Origin: Planctomycetota bacterium
Lineage (GTDB): Bacteria; Planctomycetota; JAJSAM01; JAJVHW01
Length of the DNA stretch: 64,000 bases
Assembly (NCBI GenBank): GCA_965248445.1
Contig: CBDFJG010000004.1
Span: 1,696,001 to 1,760,000, forward strand
Direction: 5' to 3'
Shown: positions 8,278 through 17,965 of the stretch, one piece after another
Numbering within the stretch: position 1 is the first letter of the stretch
Layout: each line of letters opens with the position of its first letter
The notes under the pieces: model-generated
What the model saw: the letters and a program-made list of their open reading frames with translations, nothing else
What the model was told of the DNA's origin: nothing
Database searches by the model: none
Translations under genes and position numbers: made by a program

Positions 8278-10601
8278 TGAGTGATCCCGTCAGGTCCGGT
8301 GATCCCGTCAGGTCAGGGGATGCCAACGATCGCGCGGCCCGCGCCGCCGCCCTGCGTCCCGTCCACGCGCTCCTCGACGCGGTCCGCGCCCGCCTGCGGC
8401 GCCGGCACGTCCTGCGCGCGCTCGGGATCATGGCGGCCGCCGTCTGCGCCGTTCTCGTGCTCTCGTTCCTCATGGACTGGCTGCTGGAGCTGCCGCTCGC
8501 GGTCCGCGCCGTCCACCTTGCCATCGTGGCGATCGCGCTGTCCGGCCTCGCCGCCGCCGCGCTCGCGCCGCTCCGTCGCAAGGTGCCCGAGTCCGACGTC
8601 GCGCAAGCGGTCGAGGACATCCGCCCGGGACTCCAGGACCGGCTCGCATCCGCGCTCGACTTCGAGAGGCGGCTCGACGATGCGGACGAACCCGAATCCC
8701 ACCAGCTCATGCAGCGCGTCGTGCAGGCGGCTGCAGCCGACGCACAGAAGCTCCGTCCGCAGGCGCTCGTCACCATGCGGCGCGCACGTCCCGCGCTGCT
8801 GGCCGGGCTCGCGGGCGTCGGCATCCTCGGCATCACGGCCCTCGCCGCGGGCGACGCGTTCTCGCTCTGGCTGTCGCGCGGTCTTCTATTGCGCGACATC
8901 CAGTGGCCACGACGCACACGCATGCTTGTGCTCGACTTCCCTTCTTCTGGTGAGAAGACGATCACACGGGGAGACGATCTGCGCGTCGTCGCGCGCGCCG
9001 AGGGCGCCCATCCGCGCGAGGTCATCCTCCACTTCGAGGCGCTCGAGTTCGGCGCCGAGGGCGGCGACGCGCGGGTCACCGACGTCGACACGCGCAACAT
9101 GCACCCTCTGGTGACCGAAGAGGGTGACACCGGGGACTTCGCGCTCGACTTCCGCTCCGTCCCCGGCTCGTTCCGTTTCTGGGTGACTGGGGGCGACGAC
9201 GACGATCGCGATCCCGAGTACGTCGTGCGCGCAGCCATCCCGCCGCGCATCGCGTCGATCGCCGCCGAGATCACGTATCCCGAGCACACGAACCGGGCGC
9301 CCGAGGTGTTCCGCGAGGCGTCGTTCGAGGTGATCGAGGGCTCGCGTGTCGTCCTGGACCTCGCGTCGAGTATGCCCCTCTCCGCCGCGCGCATGCTGCC
9401 CGAAGGAAGTGAGTCGCGCGACCTGCCGCTCTCGGAGGGCGGAGCACGGCTGCGTATCGATCTCGGCAAGGTGAACGACGACCTCGACTTCAAGCTGGAT
9501 CTCACCGCCGAGTCGGGGCAGCGCAACCGTCCCGGCGAAGACCGCTTCCTGATTCGCGCGGTAACCGACGACCCGCCGGACCTGCGCGTCCTGCACCCGC
9601 TCAGCCGCATCTACCGCACGCCCACCTCGGTCCTCCCGGTCAAGCTCGCGGTCACCGACGACTTCGGCATCACGGACATCTCGATCGCCGTGCAGGCCGA
9701 GGGCAAGGCGCGCCTCGGTCGTTCGCTGCTTCCCGCCGACGCCGGCATCGCGACACAGCACGACATCTACGCGCCGCTCGAGATCTCCGTCCTCGGAACC
9801 GCTGACACGCCGGTCCGCCCGGGCGATCTGCTGACGCTGCTGGTCTTCGCTCGCGACAACGCGGGACAGGAATCGGAGGCGCCCGAGATCTCGATCGAAG
9901 TGCTCTCGCGCGAGGAGCTCGAGCGCCGGCTCGGACAGCGGCAGGTCGGCCTGCGCGACCAGTTGCTCCAGGTGCGAACGCACCAGAGACGCGCACTGGA
10001 CGAGCTGAGGACGCTGGCGAGCGACGTTGAGAAGGGCGACCGCGGCTCGGCGGAAGTTGGCCGCGCACGCGACCTGCAGGTCGAGCAGGGCCGGGTGACG
10101 GGCAACCTGGAGCGCTTCCTCGACGGCATCCACCGCGTCTTGGACGCGTACGTCCTGAACCGTCTCGGGAGCGGCCCAACGGTCGACCGGATGCTGCCGA
10201 TGTATCACCGCGCACTATCTGGACCGCTCGATGACAACGGCAACGTGTTCCCCCGCGCCCTGTACCGCGAGGTCGTGGACGAGAAGCGCGCCGGACGCCT
10301 CTACGACCCCGAGGTGCTCGGCACGCTGCTCGACATCATGGATCTCGCTGACACCGCGGTCCTCGACCTGTCGCCGGGAGTGCACGAGTCGCTGCGCACC
10401 TGGGCGGCGGCGCCCGTGGACAACGCCGACCAGATGCCCACGGCGCTCGCGCGCGCGGAAGACCTGGCGCGCAAGCTCGAAGAACTGGAGCGCCGGATGG
10501 ACCGATGGGAAGACCTCGCCGAGATCATCGAACTGGCGCGCGAGATCCGCGACCGGCAGGGCGACATCTCCCGGCCGTACCAGCCTGAAGACGACAAGTG
10601 A
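8277..10601 (+). CDS. DUF4175-like membrane protein (3 TM, Ig-like domains, C-terminal coiled coil)
   Basis: TGATG coupling with upstream stop. Motifs PGLQDRLASALDF, WPRRTR, DDPPDL, AVTDDFGI, FARDNAG, typical of this PVC envelope family. Confidence 0.75.
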   Translation: MSDPVRSGDPVRSGDANDRAARAAALRPVHALLDAVRARLRRRHVLRALGIMAAAVCAVLVLSFLMDWLLELPLAVRAVHLAIVAIALSGLAAAALAPLRRKVPESDVAQAVEDIRPGLQDRLASALDFERRLDDADEPESHQLMQRVVQAAAADAQKLRPQALVTMRRARPALLAGLAGVGILGITALAAGDAFSLWLSRGLLLRDIQWPRRTRMLVLDFPSSGEKTITRGDDLRVVARAEGAHPREVILHFEALEFGAEGGDARVTDVDTRNMHPLVTEEGDTGDFALDFRSVPGSFRFWVTGGDDDDRDPEYVVRAAIPPRIASIAAEITYPEHTNRAPEVFREASFEVIEGSRVVLDLASSMPLSAARMLPEGSESRDLPLSEGGARLRIDLGKVNDDLDFKLDLTAESGQRNRPGEDRFLIRAVTDDPPDLRVLHPLSRIYRTPTSVLPVKLAVTDDFGITDISIAVQAEGKARLGRSLLPADAGIATQHDIYAPLEISVLGTADTPVRPGDLLTLLVFARDNAGQESEAPEISIEVLSREELERRLGQRQVGLRDQLLQVRTHQRRALDELRTLASDVEKGDRGSAEVGRARDLQVEQGRVTGNLERFLDGIHRVLDAYVLNRLGSGPTVDRMLPMYHRALSGPLDDNGNVFPRALYREVVDEKRAGRLYDPEVLGTLLDIMDLADTAVLDLSPGVHESLRTWAAAPVDNADQMPTALARAEDLARKLEELERRMDRWEDLAEIIELAREIRDRQGDISRPYQPEDDK

Positions 10602-10650
10602 GCGACGGACGAGACATCTGATGGCGTGCCGAGGCACGCAGGAGGCAGAC

Positions 10651-13600
10651 ATGACGACGACATCCAGGACGCACCGTCCACTCCTCTCAGCCCGGGCTGG
10701 AGGCCTGTTCCTCGCCGCGGCTCTTCTCGTCATGCTCCCCGGCGCGCCGTCGGCGCTCGGTCAGGATCCCGCAGAGGACCAGGAGTCGCGCCGGCGCTCG
10801 GGCGATCAGCAGTCCAATCGCCAGCAGTTCCAGGACCTGAAGGTGCGCATGCGCGCGTTCGCCGAACGGCTTCGCGAGGCCGGGTTCGGCGAGAAGGCCG
10901 ATCTCGTGGACAACGCGCTCAAGCACGCCGACTCGCAGCAGATCGGCGCGAACATGGACACCGTGCGCAAGCTGTTCGAGGACGGCAGCTTCCAGCGCGG
11001 CATCGGACTCGCCGGAACGGTGCGCCAGGACCTCGAGGACCTGGTCGCCATCCTCGAAGAGCGCAACACACTCGACGACCTGCAGAGGCGACAGGAGGAG
11101 ATCGCAGCAGCGCGCGAGGCCATCGCGCAGGCGCTGGCCGAGCAACAGCGGATCCGCAAGGACACCGAGAAGGTCCGCGACCGCTCACAAGTGGACGATG
11201 CCGTGCGCGATCTCGATCGCGACATCGAAGAACTGCAGCGTCAGCAGGCCGCTCTGGATGCCGAGCTCGGAGACACCGCCGGGGACGAGCGCCAGAGGGC
11301 GCAGGACAACGCCGAGGCACTCGAACAGCTAGCGCAAGAGCAGCGGGCCCTCGCCGAGAACACGGCGTCGGCGAGCAGCGAGGTCCAGCCGGACCTGGCA
11401 CAGCTGGCGCAGGAGGCACGGGAGCTCGCAGCGCAGGAACGCGCCGCGCGACGCAGCATCGATCCGTTGCGCGCCGCCGAAGAGGCCGCGCGGCGGCTCC
11501 AGGAGCTCGCGAGGCGCGCCGCCGGGGCGAGCGAACAGATGGAGTCGGTGAATTCGGAGTCACTCGAGAGCGCGCGCACGACCGAGTCGGCCGCGCGCCA
11601 GGCAGCACGCGAGCTCTCGAAGACGAACCCGGCGAGGGACGGCTCGGCACAGGAGTTCGGCGAGCAGGCCGATCGCCTGGAGCGCGAAGCGCAGGCCGCG
11701 CGACGGGACGCCGAGGATGCCAAGGCCGCGGGAGACGATGCCGAAGCCGCCGCGCGCAGCGCTGCGGCCGAGAGAGCCGCACAGGCGGCCGCCGCCGCAC
11801 GTGAGGCGAAGGCCGCCGCAGAACGCGCTGCGGAAGCGCGCGCGAGCGGTGACCGCGACGCGGCCCGCGAGGCCGAGGCCGCGGCGAACGATGCGAAGGA
11901 CCGCGCAGCGGAAGCCGCGGCACAATTGGCGCGTGCCGCTACGGCAACAGAGTCCGCGAAGACCGCGGAGAGGCTGTCCGGAGAGGAACGACGCACTGGC
12001 CAAGAGGCGGCCGCGACCGCGTCGGCGTTGCGCGAGGCCGCACCGCGATTCGGTTCGGAGGCCGCCGAGAAGGCCGGTGAGAAGGCCGCGGACGCTGCAG
12101 ACGAAGCGGCCGCTGCGCTGGACCGGGCGAGCCGCGAGCTGGACGAGGGCAACGCCGCAGAGGCGCGCCGCCAGGCGGGTGAGGGCCGGGACGCGATGGA
12201 GCGTGCGCGGGACGCCGCAAACGAAGCGGTGCGCGCGGCGCAGCAGTCCGCGAACGCCGCAGCCGCGCAGCAGGAAGCCGTCGCCGCGAAGGCCGAGCAG
12301 TTCGCGCAGCGCGCGGACGAAGCCGCGAAGGCCGCCGGACTGTCGGAGAGCGGCGAGCAGAACAAGGAGCGTCAGGCCGCCGCCCAGCGCGGAGCACAGG
12401 CAGCGCGCGAAGCGGCCGAAGCCGCGCGTCAAGCCGCGGAGTCGTTGCGCCAGGCAGCGCAGGCCGCGGGCAGCCCCGAGGCCTCATCGGAGTCCGCGCA
12501 GAAGGCGCAGGCCCAGCAGGCCGCGGAGCAAGCGGCTGCCGCAGAGACTGCCATGGAGCGCGCCGCGCAGGAGTTCGCCGAGGCCTCGGGCCAGAGTGAA
12601 GTCGCTCGGAGCATGACCACGCCGCAACAGGATCTCGCCCGCAGAGCCGGTGAGATGTCGGAGCGTGTGCCCGAGGGCGAGGCGCGCGAGAAGCTCGACG
12701 AGGCGCGCCGTTCGATGAACGAGGCAGCGCAGCGCGCGAGTCAGGGACGCGCGGAAGAGGCCACAGCGGCCGCAGAGCGCGCGGCCGAGCAACTCGAACA
12801 GGCCGCACAAGCCGAGGCCGCAAGGCGAGACGCTGCCGCGGAGCGCGAGACCGAAACCGCCAAGGAACTCGCCGAGCGCCAGAAGGAGCTCGAGGAACAG
12901 GCCAAGGTTCTGGCGGAGAAGATGCGCCAGCGCGCGGAGGAACTGGAACAGACCGGTGAGGACAGCGCCGCGGCGCGTGCGCGCTCCGCTGCCGAGAACA
13001 CGGAGAGCGCATCGGAAGAGATGCAGAAGGCGCGCGAGAGCGCGCAGGCCGGCGAGACGCAGAGAGCCGGCGAGCAGCGTCATCAGGCGCAGGCGCAACT
13101 CGAAGAGGCCCGCGAGTCGTTGCGCGACCCGGAACTGGAAGCGGATGCGCGTGAGCGTCTGAAGGAACTCAAGGAAGAGCAGGACGAGCTCTCCGAGAAG
13201 GCCAAGGACATGGCGCAACAGATGCAGCAGAGCGCCGCGCAGAGCGGTGCGGAGAGCATGGAACGCGCATCGCAGGAGATGGACAACGCCGAGAACCAGA
13301 TGGAGGAGAACGACCCCGAGGAGGCGACGCAGGAGCAGGAGGATGCGGAGCGCTACCTCGAGATGGCCGACGCCGCACTCCAGGAGGATCAGGAGCGCTA
13401 CAACCAGCTGCAGGCGCAGGAGGCGCTGTACCGCCTCGAGCAAGAGCTCGCCCGCGCCCGCGAACTGCAGGAGGACATCCTCAAGCGCACGGAGGACATG
13501 TGGCGCGACCGCGGCGAGGAGGACTCGTTCGCGCGCCACCAGCGGGTCAAGCTGACCAAGCTGTCGGGCGAACAGGAGGAGCTGTCCACGCACCTCGATC

Positions 13601-14148
13601 CGATCGTCGAAGCGATCGAACAGGAGGACTCGGCGGTGTTCGCGCCGATCCTGCGCGGTTGCAAGGACGACATGCTCGAGTCATCCCGCCGGCTGCGCCG
13701 CAAGGAGCCAGGCGAGATCTGCCAGGGCATTCAGCGCGACGTCATCGCGCGCCTGGCTGAGTTGCAGGAAGTGTTCCGCGAGGAGCGCGAGCGTCAGAAC
13801 GAGCAGCAACAGCAGCAACAGGGACAACCGCCTCCACAGCAGCAGGGCGATCAGCCGATCGTGGCCCCGGTGGCCGAACTCCGCGCCCTCAAGCGCATGC
13901 AGGAGGCCATCACCCGCAAGCTGGAGACGCTGCGAGCCGAGAGTCTGCCTGACGACCCGGTCCAACTGACGCCCCATCAGCGGTCCCGCCTGGAGCGCCT
14001 CGCGCACCAGCAGGGTACGATCAGGACGATGTGGCGCGACCTCGCGCGCCGTATCGGCCTCGGGGAGGAGATCTTCGAGGAACCGGTCGCCGGAGAGGAT
14101 GGCGCCGGGGGTGAAGGCACCGACAGTGGCGAAGAGGAGACGAGGTGA
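10651..14148 (+). CDS. Large exported Ala/Glu/Gln-rich coiled-coil protein (1165 aa)
   Basis: SD GGAGG 5 nt before ATG 10651; signal peptide ending SALG-QDP; heptad-rich throughout; C-terminal PIVAPVAELRALKRMQ...LERLAHQQ. Confidence 0.85.
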   Translation: MTTTSRTHRPLLSARAGGLFLAAALLVMLPGAPSALGQDPAEDQESRRRSGDQQSNRQQFQDLKVRMRAFAERLREAGFGEKADLVDNALKHADSQQIGANMDTVRKLFEDGSFQRGIGLAGTVRQDLEDLVAILEERNTLDDLQRRQEEIAAAREAIAQALAEQQRIRKDTEKVRDRSQVDDAVRDLDRDIEELQRQQAALDAELGDTAGDERQRAQDNAEALEQLAQEQRALAENTASASSEVQPDLAQLAQEARELAAQERAARRSIDPLRAAEEAARRLQELARRAAGASEQMESVNSESLESARTTESAARQAARELSKTNPARDGSAQEFGEQADRLEREAQAARRDAEDAKAAGDDAEAAARSAAAERAAQAAAAAREAKAAAERAAEARASGDRDAAREAEAAANDAKDRAAEAAAQLARAATATESAKTAERLSGEERRTGQEAAATASALREAAPRFGSEAAEKAGEKAADAADEAAAALDRASRELDEGNAAEARRQAGEGRDAMERARDAANEAVRAAQQSANAAAAQQEAVAAKAEQFAQRADEAAKAAGLSESGEQNKERQAAAQRGAQAAREAAEAARQAAESLRQAAQAAGSPEASSESAQKAQAQQAAEQAAAAETAMERAAQEFAEASGQSEVARSMTTPQQDLARRAGEMSERVPEGEAREKLDEARRSMNEAAQRASQGRAEEATAAAERAAEQLEQAAQAEAARRDAAAERETETAKELAERQKELEEQAKVLAEKMRQRAEELEQTGEDSAAARARSAAENTESASEEMQKARESAQAGETQRAGEQRHQAQAQLEEARESLRDPELEADARERLKELKEEQDELSEKAKDMAQQMQQSAAQSGAESMERASQEMDNAENQMEENDPEEATQEQEDAERYLEMADAALQEDQERYNQLQAQEALYRLEQELARARELQEDILKRTEDMWRDRGEEDSFARHQRVKLTKLSGEQEELSTHLDPIVEAIEQEDSAVFAPILRGCKDDMLESSRRLRRKEPGEICQGIQRDVIARLAELQEVFREERERQNEQQQQQQGQPPPQQQGDQPIVAPVAELRALKRMQEAITRKLETLRAESLPDDPVQLTPHQRSRLERLAHQQGTIRTMWRDLARRIGLGEEIFEEPVAGEDGAGGEGTDSGEEETR

Positions 14149-14150
14149 TC

Positions 14151-14999
14151 ATGACGACCACGACGAAGAACCGCCTGTTCGCTCTCGCACTCGCTGTGAC
14201 GCTGTTCCTCGGTGCGCCGTCCCTCAGCACTGGCACCCGCGCGTTTGCCCAGGAGGCGGGCGAGGGCGGTCCCCCGAGTCAGGAAGAGATCATCAAGAAG
14301 GTGCAGGAGATCGAGAAGCTGATGCGCGGGGCGGAGGAAGCGCTCGCGCGCTCCACGCATTCGCGGCGCGCCCGCGCGGACTCCGAGAAGACCGCTGCGG
14401 AGATCGAGAAGCTGATCAACGAGCAGGCGCAGGCGCAGTCAGGCAAGTCCGCTGATCAGTTGCGGCAGGAGGCGGCCGCCGGATCCGAGGAAGCGCGTAA
14501 GCAGATCGAGCAGATGACGAAGGACGCCACCGCCAAGATCCAGAAACTCATGGAGTCCGCAGGCGGCAGCGCCGGCGGAGCTGCCGACGGCGTGCGTAAG
14601 TTGCTGGAGAAGACGAAGAGCCAGGGCGAGCAGGCGGCGGCCGGGATCGAGTGGATCCTGCGCCAGGCCGGTTCGTCCGGCCGCTCGGGCGGTCAGGGCA
14701 AGCACCAGCCGCGCCCCGAGGACAGCGAGCCGCAAGGCAAGAAGCCCGGGCAGGACGATCCGGAGGGTGAGAAGCCTGACGATCCGAAGGAGGACGAGGA
14801 CGACCCGAACGGCGACCGTCCGGAGAGTGACGTCGAGCCACCGAAGAGTCCCGAGTTCGAGAAGTGGTACGCCGCGCTGCCGCCGCAGGTGCGCAAGGCG
14901 TACGAGTCCGAGGACTGGAACGCCATCCCGGTGCAGTGGCGAGGAATGCTGCGCGCCTGGACGAAGCTCTTCAACGATCTGGAGAAGGACCGCCGCTGA
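14151..14999 (+). CDS. Exported helical protein with acidic low-complexity linker and C-terminal WYAALPP motif
   Basis: SD GAGG; signal peptide ending RAFA-Q; directly follows the coiled-coil gene. Confidence 0.8.
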   Translation: MTTTTKNRLFALALAVTLFLGAPSLSTGTRAFAQEAGEGGPPSQEEIIKKVQEIEKLMRGAEEALARSTHSRRARADSEKTAAEIEKLINEQAQAQSGKSADQLRQEAAAGSEEARKQIEQMTKDATAKIQKLMESAGGSAGGAADGVRKLLEKTKSQGEQAAAGIEWILRQAGSSGRSGGQGKHQPRPEDSEPQGKKPGQDDPEGEKPDDPKEDEDDPNGDRPESDVEPPKSPEFEKWYAALPPQVRKAYESEDWNAIPVQWRGMLRAWTKLFNDLEKDRR

Positions 15000-15003
15000 C
15001 GTC

Positions 15004-16242
15004 ATGACCTCCCGCCGCCGACTGATCGTGCTCACGGCAGCACTCGCGATCGCCGCTACGGCCTGGCCGGGCGACGGCGCCCAGGCGCTCGACCGAGAGG
15101 AGAGCTCGCGTCCTCCGGCCATCACCGCCATGACGCGCAGACAGCAGCGCGGCATCGAGGATTCGCTGAACTGGCTCGCAACGCACCAGCAGCCGGGCGG
15201 CGCGTGGGGCGACAAGAACGCCACGCGCGTGGCCGACACATCGCTGGCCGTGCTCGCTCTGATGGCAGGCGGCAGTTCGGTCCACGCCGGGCGCCGGATC
15301 CGCAGCGGCTCGGACGACCGCACCACGTCCGTCGGGGAGCCGCAGTTGCGGGGCGAACACGCCCGCGCTGTGCAGGAGGGGCTGCGCTATCTCGCGCGCC
15401 TCGCGTGGTCCCGCGAAAAGGGCAAAGTGCCCGGGTACATCCACGACGACCGCGAGTCAAAGATGCACGGCCACGGATTCGCGACGCTTGCACTCTCGAC
15501 GGCGCTCGGCAACCTCGGCGCACGCCGCATCGAGGAGATCGAGGCGTCGGTCCGTGTGCGGGGTCCGTCGCAACTCTCGTTCGCAGACCAGGTTCGCTAC
15601 GGCGTCGAGAAGGCTGTCCGCCTGATCGAGCGCGCGCAGGATCCCGATTCCGGCGGCTGGATGTACGACCCGTACCCGAACAGCCACGAGGGCTCGATGA
15701 CAATCACGCAGATCCAAGCGCTGCGCGCTGCGCAGGATGCAGGAGTTCGCGTGAACGGAACGGTGATGCAGCGCGCATACGACTACGTGCGGGCGTCTCA
15801 GAACCTGACCGACCGAGAGTTGTACGGCGGCTTCGCGTACCAGAAGACGCAACTCTCCCGCGTCTCGTACGCGCTCACCGGCGCTGCGCTGACCACGTTC
15901 TTCGGTCTCGGGCGGTACGGCGACAACAAGGAAGACCGCCAGCTGATCGAGCGCGGCATGGCGTTCCTCGATCGCAAGATGCGCGACGGCGTCAGCGCGA
16001 ACCGCCAGTGGTTCTACTACGGAGCGTTCTACGGTGTTCAGGCGGTGTACCAGGAGCAGGACCGCCGCAGACTCTCCCGACACTGGCCGGAGATCCGCGA
16101 CACCGTGCTGAGCCTGCAGGGCGCCAACGGCTCGTTCCATCCCACGGGACCCGACGGCCGCAGCGTCGAATACTCGACCGCCATGGGCGCCCTGATCCTG
16201 CAGGTCCCGCTGGAGACGTTGCCGATCTTCCAACGCCGCTAG
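15004..16242 (+). CDS. Second exported prenyltransferase/squalene-oxidase-repeat protein
   Basis: WLATHQQPGGAW, MHGHGFATLAL, AQDPDSGGWMY, FYYGAFYGVQA, C-terminal LPIFQRR; paralog of 3709-4965. Confidence 0.85.
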   Translation: MTSRRRLIVLTAALAIAATAWPGDGAQALDREESSRPPAITAMTRRQQRGIEDSLNWLATHQQPGGAWGDKNATRVADTSLAVLALMAGGSSVHAGRRIRSGSDDRTTSVGEPQLRGEHARAVQEGLRYLARLAWSREKGKVPGYIHDDRESKMHGHGFATLALSTALGNLGARRIEEIEASVRVRGPSQLSFADQVRYGVEKAVRLIERAQDPDSGGWMYDPYPNSHEGSMTITQIQALRAAQDAGVRVNGTVMQRAYDYVRASQNLTDRELYGGFAYQKTQLSRVSYALTGAALTTFFGLGRYGDNKEDRQLIERGMAFLDRKMRDGVSANRQWFYYGAFYGVQAVYQEQDRRRLSRHWPEIRDTVLSLQGANGSFHPTGPDGRSVEYSTAMGALILQVPLETLPIFQRR

Positions 16243-16244
16243 CT

Positions 16245-16383
16245 CACGCCCGTGCGTCACGCGGATCGCGATGCGATCCCCGCGCCGCACGGCGATCGCG
16301 TGTCTCCCTCCTACGCGGCCTCCGGCCGCGTAGGAGGGCTGCGTTCACGGCGCTTGCTACGCAACCCCCGCGCCCTCGCGATT
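16245..16383 (+). repeat. Dispersed ~140-bp structured repeat, copy A
   Basis: Aligns with the reverse complement of 59571-59710; contains perfect 15-bp hairpin CCCTCCTACGCGGCC-TCC-GGCCGCGTAGGAGGG. Confidence 0.85.
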
Positions 16384-16449
16384 CGGACTCTCCCTCGCAA
16401 TCCCTGTAGCGGCGGGCCGCTGCCCCGCCCGCGATCGGACGAGAGGCCC

Positions 16450-16983
16450 CTACTCGCGTCTCGGACTCGGCTTGCGGCTGAGGTCTGCGCGCACGCCGAT
16501 CGCGAAAATCATCGTCTGCACGGCCATCACGACAAGCGCGACCGGGATCAGGCGCTGGCGCGTGAAGGTCGTGCTCTCGAACGCCGCGAGAGTGAATGCG
16601 AACACGCCGAGCATGCCGAGCATGAATGCCCACCGGTAGTACGGCAGGCCCTCACGTCGTCGCACCCTCGCGCCCAGCGTGGACCACATCGCGCCGAGGA
16701 ACCCGAACAGCATTGCGAGGCTGATCGGAATCCACGTCGCGAGTCCGAGGATGCGTTCCGGAGTGATGAACCCGGTCGGGCCGTCGCCGCCGAACATCCC
16801 GAGCGACGCTGCAACCAGGTTTCCGAGAAGCACGATCACGACGACAATCACGATCCAGCCGATCCACGACTTCGGAATGAACGAGAAGTTGAATCCGTTG
16901 CCGCCGCCGGACTTTTTGCCCCGCCCGCGCCCACGTCCGCGACCCCCGCCGTGACCGTCTCCCCCGCCTGCCGTATCCGTCAC
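16450..16983 (-). CDS. Four-TM membrane protein with Gly/Arg-rich N-terminus
   Basis: GTGA overlap with larE stop; four hydrophobic segments. Confidence 0.75.
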   Translation of the reverse strand: MTDTAGGGDGHGGGRGRGRGRGKKSGGGNGFNFSFIPKSWIGWIVIVVVIVLLGNLVAASLGMFGGDGPTGFITPERILGLATWIPISLAMLFGFLGAMWSTLGARVRRREGLPYYRWAFMLGMLGVFAFTLAAFESTTFTRQRLIPVALVVMAVQTMIFAIGVRADLSRKPSPRRE

Positions 16984-17864
16984 GCGCGCACCTCGTCAGT
17001 CGTCACGTCCGCGGCCACCGGATCGCCCAGATTCACGACACGCGGAGTCGCGCGATCCGCACCTCCGGCACTGCGGCCGTCGAGGTCGAGTAAGACGGTC
17101 GTGAACCCCGCGGCTTGCACCGCGGAGACGAGCGCCTCGCGCCGCTCCAGCGCACGGGCGACGTCCTCGGCTGCCGAGAGCTCGACACGCGCCGCGGCGC
17201 CGTGATGGCGCACGCGGAGGTCATCGAAGCCGAGAACCCGCAGCGCCTCTTCGGCGCGCTCCACCTGATGCAGGCGCTGAGGCGTCACGGCCGAGCCGTG
17301 CGGAATGCGTGACGCGAGACAGGGGGCGGCCGGTTTGCTCGCGGTCGGCAGACCCAGCTCCCGCGAGACCGTCCGCACATCGGCCTTCGTGAGGCCGGCC
17401 TCGCGCAGCGGCGACCGCACACCGAGTTCGTGCGCCGCGCGAACCCCCGGACGGTCGGCCACGTCGTCGTCCGCGTTCAATCCGTCCGCGACGTGCGCGA
17501 CACCGTTCGCAGTCGCCCATGCCCCGATCCGCTCGTAGAGCTCGGACTTACAGAAGTAGCAGCGGTCGGGTGCGTTCCGCACATAGCGCGGATCCTCGAG
17601 CTCGCGGGTCGGGATCCGCTCGAGCCGGAGGCCCGTGATGCGGGCCACGCGCTCGGCATCGTCCAGTTCCCGCGCCGCCAGGCTGTCGCTCACGCCGGTG
17701 ACGGCAACGGCGTCGTCCCCGAGCACGCGGTACGCGAAGGCGGCCAGGAACGACGAGTCCACACCGCCGCTCAGCGCGACGGCGACCGTGCGCATCTCGC
17801 GCAGGATGGTCTCGAGACGCGAGAGGCGCACGTCGAGGCAATCCGCCGCTCTCCCTTCCTTCAT
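16980..17864 (-). CDS. larE: ATP-dependent sulfur transferase LarE (PP-loop)
   Basis: ALSGGVDS PP-loop, DRCYFCK, DGLNADD..DRPG, KPAAPCLASRIP, DLRVRHH. Confidence 0.9.
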   Translation of the reverse strand: MKEGRAADCLDVRLSRLETILREMRTVAVALSGGVDSSFLAAFAYRVLGDDAVAVTGVSDSLAARELDDAERVARITGLRLERIPTRELEDPRYVRNAPDRCYFCKSELYERIGAWATANGVAHVADGLNADDDVADRPGVRAAHELGVRSPLREAGLTKADVRTVSRELGLPTASKPAAPCLASRIPHGSAVTPQRLHQVERAEEALRVLGFDDLRVRHHGAAARVELSAAEDVARALERREALVSAVQAAGFTTVLLDLDGRSAGGADRATPRVVNLGDPVAADVTTDEVRA

Positions 17865-17965
17865 CGGAAGCACTCTATAGCGGCCGGTGACGCTCCGGGA
17901 GTCCTGCGCCGCCCCTGATCCGCGCGACGCCCCTGTTCCGCGCGAGGGCAGGTAGATTGCAAAGC

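Noticed and set aside
3709..16242. Squalene-hopene cyclase / terpene biosynthetic cluster
   Set aside because: Both proteins are about 415 aa, have signal peptides, lack DxDD, and no isoprenoid genes are nearby.
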